Origin: Candidatus Latescibacterota bacterium
Lineage (GTDB): Bacteria > Latescibacterota > UBA2968 > SICM01
Length of the DNA: 64,000 nucleotides
Assembly: GCA_965217865.1 (NCBI GenBank)
Contig: CBDCJO010000002.1
Span: 1,984,001-2,048,000 of the forward strand
Reading direction: 5' to 3'
Shown: piece after piece, positions 1-7,459 of the stretch
Numbering within the stretch: the stretch's first letter is position 1
Layout of the letters: each line of letters opens with the position of its first letter
Position numbers and translations under genes: made by a program
Notes under the pieces: generated by a model
Database searches by the model: none
What the model saw: only the letters and a program-made list of their open reading frames with translations
What the model was told of the DNA's origin: nothing

Positions 1-737
1 TCAATCGTGTGGATTTCATACAGGATGGTCATGGCCAACATCTCCCCAAGTCCGGGAACCGTCATCAGGATAGACAGGACATTGCGATCGTGATGTTTGG
101 CCTGTGCCAAGACTTGCTTCTCGACTTTGTAGATCATTTTGTCCAGGGAGTCAACCAGGTCCAGATCGCAGTCCACAGACATACTCAGATCTGGGTCGGC
201 CAGACGTTCGCACAGCTTTCTCCTGTTGCTCTTCTTTTTGACCTGGTCGCTGAGAGGATCCAGGATAGCTTGCTGAGAGAAGGTGTTCTGGATGTGGGTG
301 TAACACTCAGCCCGTAAGGCCACAAACCGGTGTCTTCGCCGGAGCAGGTCCCGGGTTGCCCGCATCTCTTGCGGATAGGCATAGGCCATCGGGAACAGGT
401 TGCAGCGCATCAGCTCAGCCAGCATTCTGGAATCGAGACGGTCGTTCTTTTTCTTGCCCCCATGGATCGCCTTCATATACAGGGCGTGTCCCAGGTAGAA
501 TGGAATCCCGGCCTTGTGACACCCGTCAGCCAGCCAGTACCAGTTGAAGGTTGACTCCACCCCGACGGCGATGCTACCGAGGTGAGTTTCCAGCACCTGC
601 AGCAGGAGCTTGAAGTCGTTTTTCAGGTTGCGCTGGAACACAATCTCTCCCATCTTGTCCATGATGCAGACAAACATCGTTCTGGCGTGGAGATCGATGC
701 CACAGAAATAGTTCGAGTCGATCCTTGCGTATTGCAT
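1..737 (-). mobile_element. IS110-family transposase, N-terminal part (runs off the window's left edge)
   Basis: Manual minus-strand translation from ATG 737 (RBS AGGAGG): MQYARIDSNYFCGIDLHARTMFVCIMD...GVESTFNWYW...KKNDRLDS...LMTVPGLG. These are DEDD RuvC-like motifs. The left end is at ~823. Confidence 0.9.
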
Positions 738-812
738 AAGGCCCTCCTGTGGGAGAAAGGTGATTGAGATATCCGGATCTCAATTATAACCTCTCCTGAC
801 AACGAGGGCCTT
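738..812 (-). promoter_or_regulatory. Long hairpin in the IS left end that sequesters the transposase RBS
   Basis: AAGGCCCTC (738-746) pairs with GAGGGCCTT (804-812), with inner stems GGAGAAAGGT/ACCTCTCC and TTGAGAT/ATCTCAA. Confidence 0.6.
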
Positions 813-823
813 TATATTAATAT

Positions 824-952
824 CACGGCACCCCCGGCTCCGGCGCATTCGTGCCGTCGCCAAACCTGCCTTTCGCGGACACGGCGCTTGCTTTAAGGAC
901 AAAATCTGGCGCAACCGCCGCGCCGCTCGGCAGGTTCGTGGGTGCCGAGAAC
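824..952 (+). other. attC-like site with both core sites replaced by IS ends
   Basis: Imperfect palindrome C-ACGGCACCC...GGGTGCCG-AGAAC with the same short-left/long-right spacer design as the other attC sites in this window. Confidence 0.65.
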
Positions 953-1345
953 TACATGCGGAATGTCAAGAGCAAGGTTGACGATTTCGAGGTTGGATGA
1001 GATTTTTTATGCCGGTTTTCTCAGCGTCAAGGGGTGTAAAGTGGACATTCTTACTATGTTCGGAGCGCAGTTCGCCCTTATGGTGCAGGACCGGTCTTTG
1101 AAGAGGGGCGAAGCTCCCGTGTGGGGGGTGGTGTCTTCCGATACCAACTTACATCCGCGGCCGGCACTCTTGTTTGTGTGAGTAGGTGTGCCGGTCTTCG
1201 CGCATTTTCTAATCCGATCCAGGAAGACGGGGAGGCCTGCGGATCTGTTAGCCGAAGCGACTCCTATCGGAGCCCTCCTCTCAAGCCAGTTCTGCAGGCC
1301 GCCCCCGGCCGCCTTGTTCAGGCGGCACTCTTGTGTAACCGATCG
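952..1345 (-). mobile_element. Orphan right end (non-coding region) of the IS at 3361-5275
   Basis: Near-identical inverted copy of ~4910-5275 (about 3 substitutions by eye over 952-1318). No transposase is attached. Confidence 0.9.
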
Positions 1346-1488
1346 GAGACCCGCAGAAACGCCGAGTGCGATCATCGTCCTCATCTGTCCTTGAGCAACT
1401 TCGAGCAGATGAGCGCATTGTTCGGGTGTGAGCCAGGGCGGTACTTTTTTCGGAAGTTTAAAGCGAACGAAGCCTAATCCGCATGGCA
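1343..1488 (-). pseudogene. Tyrosine recombinase (phage-integrase type) fragment
   Basis: Translates LPCGLGFVRFKLPKKVPPWLTPEQCAHLLEVAQGQMRTMIALGVSAGLR, i.e. patch I to the box I Arg. Truncated on both sides. Confidence 0.6.
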
Positions 1489-1614
1489 GTTAACGCCCCG
1501 GCATCCCCGAACCTGCGTCTTATCCTCCGAAGCTCCGACCCTGTCCTTCCGAAGCTCCGAAGGAGCGAAGGAGGGGAGGGCTGTCAGGCCTGAGCTGGGG
1601 GTGCTGTGTTAGGC
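1488..1614 (-). other. attC recombination site
   Basis: Minus strand GCCTAAC-A-CAGCACCCC...GGGGATGCCG-GGGC-GTTAACT. Confidence 0.7.
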
Positions 1615-1688
1615 GGGCCGAAGGCCGAGCGAAGCGAGCGTTTGCAGGGTGGACCTATTTCGCCAGAATGGGAACTCGTATCGGCGAT

Positions 1689-2114
1689 CTATCCTAACAA
1701 ATGAACTTCAGCTGCTGTCACAAATGCATCTTCAGGTTTTCCGAGGAAGTTTCCGTCCGGATACACAGACGGCTGGTACTTTTCATTCGAGTAGCTGAAG
1801 AATCCGAAACCCCACTGGTCCTGTCCGAAATAACGGAGGCGGCATAGGTGGATAGGTGTCTTCCTAAGCTTTTCGATGTATTCTTGTCGGTTAACCTTCC
1901 AGCTTTTCGGTGGCCAACTTTTAGGCAGATTCGGTTCACAGAATACATCTATGTATCAGAACTGTGAGCGAAACCGAATCTCGAGACGTTCATACTTCCC
2001 TTCAAAATGCTTCTGTGCCACCTTCAGGATGCGACGTTCGACATCGGCTTTCACAGGGGTTGGAATCTTGACGCCGCCGGAGTCAGGGACAAATCCAAAA
2101 TCCACCGGAACCAT
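1689..2114 (-). pseudogene. Hypothetical cassette protein (141 codons) with an in-frame TGA at codon 53
   Basis: RBS GGAG. MVPVDFGFVPDSGGVKIP...EIRFRSQF*YIDVFCEP...HLCRLRYFG...FFSYSNEKY...; the frame stays open for 88 more codons after the TGA. Confidence 0.65.
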
Positions 2115-2251
2115 GACTTCTCTCCAAGGGTTTCGTCCACGCGCGCGCGTTAGTCTCGAGATTCGATCGGCAAGGTTAGGAATTGAAAACCAGGCTCAAA
2201 TTTCCGTCTCACGGTGTTGACACGCATTGTGTGTTTCCGTTCAGTCTTAAG

Positions 2252-2707
2252 CTAAGAGGGCTGACTCACCAAAGCATGTTTTTCCAGACTCGCTTTCACC
2301 TCCTGATTCACGACATAGGACGGCATCTCAAGTTTGATTTGCCTTCTCTCCGCGTCTTTGAGGGAAATCACCACAGCATTAGGCTGTAGATCGATTGACG
2401 AGATCTCCTCCCATTCGGCTGCACAGGTTTTCCGGAAAGGACTGGGCATAATCTCCACACCTTTGTCATCGATTGTGATGCGGGGCCTTCTATGGGGAGA
2501 AGCGAGAACTGTCACGGCCAGGATCAAAACAAAGAGCATCAGAGCGGCAACGGTCAAAGTTACTATAGAGAAGGTCTTAAGCTCAGGAACGGATAGGCCC
2601 TTCACACCCTGTAGTACAATTAGGATTAGGTACGCCGTGAGGAAGAACCAGAACAGCTTGCTTCTCCTAATGTCGCTTTTGTCTGGAAAGATGGTTTTGG
2701 CCTCCAT
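2252..2707 (-). CDS. Hypothetical membrane protein (two TM helices, PH-like C-terminus)
   Basis: ORF with GGAGG RBS before ATG 2707 and two hydrophobic segments. Confidence 0.65.
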   Translation of the reverse strand: MEAKTIFPDKSDIRRSKLFWFFLTAYLILIVLQGVKGLSVPELKTFSIVTLTVAALMLFVLILAVTVLASPHRRPRITIDDKGVEIMPSPFRKTCAAEWEEISSIDLQPNAVVISLKDAERRQIKLEMPSYVVNQEVKASLEKHALVSQPS

Positions 2708-2827
2708 CTTTGCCTCCAGATTTGGGGTTTGACACCGCATGCCAATGCCCGTAACGTACAGGCTCATGAAATAGCTACAATAACCTGAAAGATAGATTGT
2801 CTTCTTGGTCTTCGTGTGGACGATTGG

Positions 2828-3301
2828 TTAGCTCCTGCGCCATATTTGATAGGTGTAATCAATATTCGATTGAAATTCTTGAGTAAACACCAGGGAGAAC
2901 CCATCCGGTATATCTGGAAAAAACACGTCGCCATCAACCTCGCAATGTACAGTAGATACATGTAATGTATCTGCCTTGTGAATCATGCTATGGTAGACTT
3001 GCCCACCACCAGCTACAATCAGATGATCTGTAAGGGTTGACATTGCACTGAGCGCATCGTCAATCGATGAGAAAGCCCGGATTCTATTCGATTCCTGCAA
3101 CGCATCCGAATTTGTCAGGACTGCATATTTCCTGTTTGGAAGTGTTCCCATTGACTCAAAAGTCTTGCGTCCGACCAACAACCATTGGTTATAAGTCAGG
3201 GCTTTAAAAAAGAGCTGCTCACCCTTTGCCTTCCATGGAATGTTCGGCCCAGCGCCGATAACCCGATTATCGGATTTTGCTCCAATGAGTGAGATAATCA
3301 T
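2828..3301 (-). CDS. dfrA: Dihydrofolate reductase, DfrA1-like trimethoprim-resistance family
   Basis: 157 aa with [43 protein letters not shown] and YQIW blocks. Preceded by cassette core GTTAGGC (3360-3354). Confidence 0.92.
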   Translation of the reverse strand: MIISLIGAKSDNRVIGAGPNIPWKAKGEQLFFKALTYNQWLLVGRKTFESMGTLPNRKYAVLTNSDALQESNRIRAFSSIDDALSAMSTLTDHLIVAGGGQVYHSMIHKADTLHVSTVHCEVDGDVFFPDIPDGFSLVFTQEFQSNIDYTYQIWRRS

Positions 3302-3484
3302 TTGTGGAAAACCTCAAGATGGGTTGGTTGGGTTTTGCTTTTAAGCCAGTTTCGCCTAACGATTTCTATATTGAGTAAAGGAGGAAAAAACAGCGTTGAG
3401 GGGCTGAATCTTCCCTTGCAAGGCAAGGTGTCTTAAGATTCGGCAAGCGCAAGCAAACTCAACCCTCAACGCTGGAGGTATACG

Positions 3485-4816
3485 ATGAAGTCGAAAATCT
3501 TCCACCTTAAACGACAGGCCATCTCCCAGAATTTCGTCCTCGGGATCGATCCGGGCAAGGAAAAACACAGCGGGTCGGTGCTCGATCCCTCCGGACTTCA
3601 GCAAGGCGGGGCCTTCTCATTCCCCGTGACGCGAGCGGGATATGACCATACCCTCTGGCAGCATCTGGAGCGACGCATCAAAGATTGCGGGCCGGATCGG
3701 ATGGTGGTGGCCATCGAGACGTCCTGCAATCTGTGGGTTACCCTGGCCCACTACCTCCAGGGGAAGGGGTATCGCGTGCTGCTGGTGAGCCCCCTCACGA
3801 CGTATCACGCAAGACCGATGATGCACCGCGATTTCTCCAAGTCGGATCCCAGGGATGCCTTTCTGGTGGCCGACAGCGCACAGAAGGGAAGCTATGATCT
3901 CTTCAGGACGTTCGAGCCTCACATGGAGGCCGCGCACCAGCTCTCAATCGCCTACGACAAGCTCCGGAAGGACCTCACAAAGTCCCTGCTCCGCACCCGG
4001 TCTCTGATGGAACGCGTCTTCCCGGAGTTCCTCCACGCGGTCAACATTCGTACGAAGACCTCCCGCTACCTGTTGGAGCGATATTTCTTGCCCCGCCACT
4101 TCGAGGAAATTGACATCGAAGAGGAGGGCCGCCAGATCCATCGGATCTCAAGAGGCAGTTACGGGGTGGCGACGCTGCAGAAGCTGAAGGAGGAGGCCCG
4201 GACCTCCATCGGGATCCCGGTCGAGGGCCAGGAAGATGTCCTCCGCATCATCCTGAATGGCTGGATCGAGGCGCTCCGGCGGACCGAGACGCAACTCAAA
4301 GCTGTGGAGCAGGCGATGATCGCCCGCACTCAGCAGGATCCGACTTTCCAAATCGTCGACTCGATCTCCAACATCAACAAAAACCTGGCTGCCCAATTTA
4401 CCGCGGAGACGCGAGGGGCCACCCGCTTCACCCACTTCAAACAGATCGAGAAGCTCGCCGGCACGAACGTGCGCATCGCCGACTCCGGAAAGTACAAAGG
4501 CAAAAGGCGGATGAGCAAGATCGGCAATCCCCGGCTGCGGCGAATCATCTACCAGATGACCGAACAGACCGCCCGGGTCGTGCCCCAGGTCCGCCGCCGC
4601 TTCCTCGAACGCGAGCTCAGGAAGAAGTGCTACCGCAAGAATATCGTGGCCGCCTCGTCCCAGCTCCTACGGCTCATCGTAGCCCTGCTCAGAGAAAATC
4701 GTCTCTACGAGGAGAGAGACCACCCCGCGGCATCCCTCAAAACGCTCGAGAGGCGCTACATGAAGCGCTACAAGAAAAAGCAGCATCCCCGACGGCGCGC
4801 TCGCGCCGCCGCCTGA
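3485..4816 (+). CDS. IS110-family recombinase/transposase
   Basis: GIDPGK, AIETS, KSDPRDA (DEDD) and C-terminal DSGK...SKIGNPRLR; RBS GGAGG. Confidence 0.95.
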   Translation: MKSKIFHLKRQAISQNFVLGIDPGKEKHSGSVLDPSGLQQGGAFSFPVTRAGYDHTLWQHLERRIKDCGPDRMVVAIETSCNLWVTLAHYLQGKGYRVLLVSPLTTYHARPMMHRDFSKSDPRDAFLVADSAQKGSYDLFRTFEPHMEAAHQLSIAYDKLRKDLTKSLLRTRSLMERVFPEFLHAVNIRTKTSRYLLERYFLPRHFEEIDIEEEGRQIHRISRGSYGVATLQKLKEEARTSIGIPVEGQEDVLRIILNGWIEALRRTETQLKAVEQAMIARTQQDPTFQIVDSISNINKNLAAQFTAETRGATRFTHFKQIEKLAGTNVRIADSGKYKGKRRMSKIGNPRLRRIIYQMTEQTARVVPQVRRRFLERELRKKCYRKNIVAASSQLLRLIVALLRENRLYEERDHPAASLKTLERRYMKRYKKKQHPRRRARAAA

Positions 4817-4899
4817 CCGCTGCCGCGGTCACACTCGCTCTTTGACATCGCTGCTCGATTCACATCCGGTGCAGTCTCCTGCCGGACCGGTTACACAAG

Positions 4900-5200
4900 C
4901 TGCCGCCTTCCAAGGCGGCCAGGGGCGGCCTGCAGAACTGGCTTGAGAGGAGGGCTCCGATAGGAGTCGCTTCGGCTAACAGATCCGCAGGCCTCCCCGT
5001 CTTCCTGGATCGGATTAGAAAATGCGCGAAGACCGGCACACCTACTCACACAAACAAGAGTGCCGGCCGCGGATGTAAGTTGGTATCGGAAGACACCACC
5101 CCCCACACGGGAGCTTCGCCCCTCTTCAAAGACCGGTCCTGCACCATAAGGGCGAACTGCGCTCCGAACATAGTAAGAATGTCCACTTTACACCCCTTGA
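4900..5200 (+). ncRNA. Putative bridge/seekRNA in the IS right-end non-coding region (boundaries approximate)
   Basis: Two stems with internal loops (GGCCTGC 4927/GCAGGCC 4987 and GTCTTCC 4999/GGAAGAC 5088). The region is conserved in a second copy. Confidence 0.6.
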
Positions 5201-5274
5201 CGCTGAGAAAACCGGCATAAAAAATCTCATCCAACCTCGAAATCGTCAACTTTGCTCTTGACTTTCCGCATGTA

Positions 5275-5338
5275 GTTCAGCTGGCCCCGACGCCGCCGTA
5301 AGGCGGTGTTTGGATTTTCCGGGGCCAGCGTGTTAAGC
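5275..5338 (-). other. attC site, R'' side; its R' (3354-3360) was separated by the IS
   Basis: GGCGCTTAAC is exactly complementary to the cassette start GTTAAGCGCC at 6097; stem GCTGGCCCCG/CGGGGCCAGC. Confidence 0.85.
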
Positions 5339-5403
5339 GCCGTGTTGCGATCAGAGAGAATTGACGAGCAAGGCCTGGGTTCTCGCTCAGTAACAAAAAG
5401 GTT

Positions 5404-6000
5404 CTACTGCTTTTCAAAGTCTAGTCCTACAGGTTGTCTTGGGTACTTAAACCGTCTTACGTCAGTGTTAGGTACTTCGCTACCAACCACCTCGAACTTT
5501 ATATCATCGATCCAGGCTTGGCCTGGACCATCGAGCAAAATGCCAAAAACGAGATTGGTACTGCTGAGAGGAACATCCAAGACAATCTCATATGCCTTCC
5601 AATCAATTGTGCCTTTGAGCGGCCTATCCTGCATGTTGTCAAAACTAAGAAATCCTTTTCCTGGGGCGTCTACACGCATCCACATTCCTACCCAATTCTG
5701 AACATCCTTTACTTTGATGTATCCGGTCATGCGAACACGTTCGCCATAGAAACCGGCAGCTCCACATACTTGCATCAACGTGCCGAAGCCGCTTGGTGGG
5801 GAAACTTTCGACTTGATCATTCCGCTGAATTGCCCCCCGCGATGCACTTTGTCATCTAGTCGCATATCATAGTCGCCAGGTGACTTACCTGCTTTGATCC
5901 AACCTTCGGGCAATCTGCCCTCCTCTGCTACAGCTACTCCTGTTCCCACAAAGATGGTCAAGAAGAGAACAATCAGAGTAGAGATCTTCTTAGGCATCAT
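5404..6000 (-). CDS. Secreted beta-sandwich (carbohydrate-binding-like) protein, first gene cassette
   Basis: Signal peptide. GFGTLMQ...GMWMRVD...FDNMQDRP.KGT.DW...VLDVP motif, a domain I recall from fusions to AraC regulators and esterases. Start codon uncertain. Confidence 0.75.
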   Translation of the reverse strand: MMPKKISTLIVLFLTIFVGTGVAVAEEGRLPEGWIKAGKSPGDYDMRLDDKVHRGGQFSGMIKSKVSPPSGFGTLMQVCGAAGFYGERVRMTGYIKVKDVQNWVGMWMRVDAPGKGFLSFDNMQDRPLKGTIDWKAYEIVLDVPLSSTNLVFGILLDGPGQAWIDDIKFEVVGSEVPNTDVRRFKYPRQPVGLDFEKQ

Positions 6001-6090
6001 GTGCAAATCCTTCCCCGTCAAGTGTCACGGCAATAGAATGTTATTGGAAGTCAACTGACCCGCTTCTCAATCATACAGCAGCAACATGGC

Positions 6091-6200
6091 GCTTAACTTA
6101 CGAAATCCCTGAACTCCTACGTAGATTTCATAATTTCGGCATAACTCCCGCCCTGCGCAGATACCTCCCACGAAGAAGTAACCGGTATATGTTCGTAGAT
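6091..6200 (-). other. attI-like site, locus A
   Basis: Non-palindromic GTAGGAGTTCAGGGATTTCGTAA|GTTAAGC with three ATCTRCG direct repeats. Homology with locus B stops exactly at the GTT. Confidence 0.7.
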
Positions 6201-6247
6201 CCCTTGCTATAGGAGAAATCGTTTTAGGATGAACTCACCTTTGACGG

Positions 6248-6490
6248 TCACATCAAACTATCCAGACTCTGAATCTTTGCGATATCTCGGGTTGTGACCC
6301 TTACAGTCTTTTCTACTCCTGCCTTTACATATGCCCGTTCGAATTTCTTTTGCACAGAACGCTCATGGAGGTGTTATCCTGGACGTCGTATTTCCTCTTT
6401 TGGCTGGCAACGGTCAGCCCGGTTACTGTGTCCAAAAAGTGTGCAATAGAAGGTCTCGTTTGGTGCGCGTTCCTCTCAATTGATGTTAGT
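6248..6490 (-). pseudogene. Internally deleted integron-type tyrosine recombinase relic, locus A
   Basis: RPG*HLHERSVQKKFERAYVKAGVEKTVRV fused directly to TTRDIAKIQSLDSL. The HxLRH...Y catalytic block is missing. Confidence 0.7.
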
Positions 6491-6520
6491 ATATATCACA
6501 CCAAAGCCAAACAAAAACAG

Positions 6521-6571
6521 AGGGGTTACCACCAAAACCCGCGTCAGTATTGGGATTGGCGATAACCCCTT
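6521..6571 (-). terminator. Hairpin/terminator, repeated at 51651-51699
   Basis: GGGGTTAccaCCAAaaCCC...GGGATTGGcgaTAACCCC with a U-rich tail on the minus strand right after the rSAM stop. Confidence 0.55.
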
Positions 6572-7459
6572 TCAGCTTTCTGTTTGAAATGAAAAGTTGG
6601 AACAGATGGCCCCGTGGAGATAACACGTGTAACATGCCCGGTGCCGGAGGGGGTAGGGAATCATCGCCTCATCAAGGGTTTTGCCGAGCATCGCGTCCGG
6701 TGAATCGATCAGGATGGGGCACACCCAGACACCCCTGTCGGTCACGATTCGGCTGTTTGCACAAAGAAGATTATCCTGGTTGTAGTCCCGCATCATCTCA
6801 CGAGTGATCTGCTCGTGATCCGTGTAACCTCGGGATCGAACGACTTCCCGTCCGAGCTTCAGGGAGGGAAGAAATTTCAGGCGGGGTCGATCATAACCGA
6901 TGGCCTTGAGCGCAGCCACGAAGCCCCGCCGAACATCGGGTTCTTCAACATCGTCCCAGACCCGGGCTGCGGTAATAATCGGCAGGAAGTCATACCCGAG
7001 GAGAAGCCGAACACCAGCCATGGCCCTTTCAAAGGTGCCCTCGCCACGGATCGGGTCATTTGTCTCCGGTGTGTAGCCGTCGATACTGATCCGGAATTCC
7101 AGAGAGTAGAGCGACGACTTTTCGATCTCTGCGAGGCGTTGAACATCCTCATCCCGGAACACCGTCCCGTTCGTCAGAACCGTCGCAGGTCCGATCGACA
7201 GGGTTTCAGCCAGAATGTCTACAATTTTTGAATTCATGAACGGTTCGCCACCGGTAAAATAGTACTCCTTGACCCCAAGGCGTTGAGACTGTCTCAGGGA
7301 CCTCCGGACCTGCTCGAGCGACAAGAATTCAAAGCTGTGATTGTCCGGGCTGCAACTGATGAAGCAGTGGTCACACCAGAGATTGCAGACCGTCCCGGAC
7401 ACCTGAAACCAGAGATTGTCAAGGTCTTTTGGAACGACTTCGGGCGCGGATGATTTCAT
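6572..7459 (-). CDS. Radical SAM protein
   Basis: CNLWCDHC, FTGGEP and C-terminal C...C...CYTC...C cluster ligands. Confidence 0.9.
   Translation of the reverse strand: MKSSAPEVVPKDLDNLWFQVSGTVCNLWCDHCFISCSPDNHSFEFLSLEQVRRSLRQSQRLGVKEYYFTGGEPFMNSKIVDILAETLSIGPATVLTNGTVFRDEDVQRLAEIEKSSLYSLEFRISIDGYTPETNDPIRGEGTFERAMAGVRLLLGYDFLPIITAARVWDDVEEPDVRRGFVAALKAIGYDRPRLKFLPSLKLGREVVRSRGYTDHEQITREMMRDYNQDNLLCANSRIVTDRGVWVCPILIDSPDAMLGKTLDEAMIPYPLRHRACYTCYLHGAICSNFSFQTES

Larger units (their letters stand above)
3361..5275 (+). mobile_element. Complete IS110/IS1111-family element (~1.9 kb) inserted in an attC site
   Basis: Removing it restores GCCTAAC-GTTCAGCTGGCCCCG...CGGGGCCAGCGTGTTAAGC. There is no target duplication beyond one G. 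Joining the two ends creates TTGACT-17-TATATT. Confidence 0.88.

Noticed and set aside
942-1477. ORFs 942-1181 and 1121-1477 and their twins 4891-5249
   Set aside because: They are conserved only because the IS non-coding end is duplicated; no RBS or recognisable protein.
953-1488. MITE bounded by CATGCGGA/TCCGCATG inverted repeats
   Set aside because: The right-hand match lies within the integrase fragment and is absent from the left end of the full IS; probably chance.
2750-2831. attC directly after dfrA (AGCTAAC...GTTACGG)
   Set aside because: There is no convincing stem between the cores; at best a degenerate site.
3361-5275. Group IIC-attC intron
   Set aside because: The ORF is a DEDD recombinase, with no reverse transcriptase motifs or GUGYG start.
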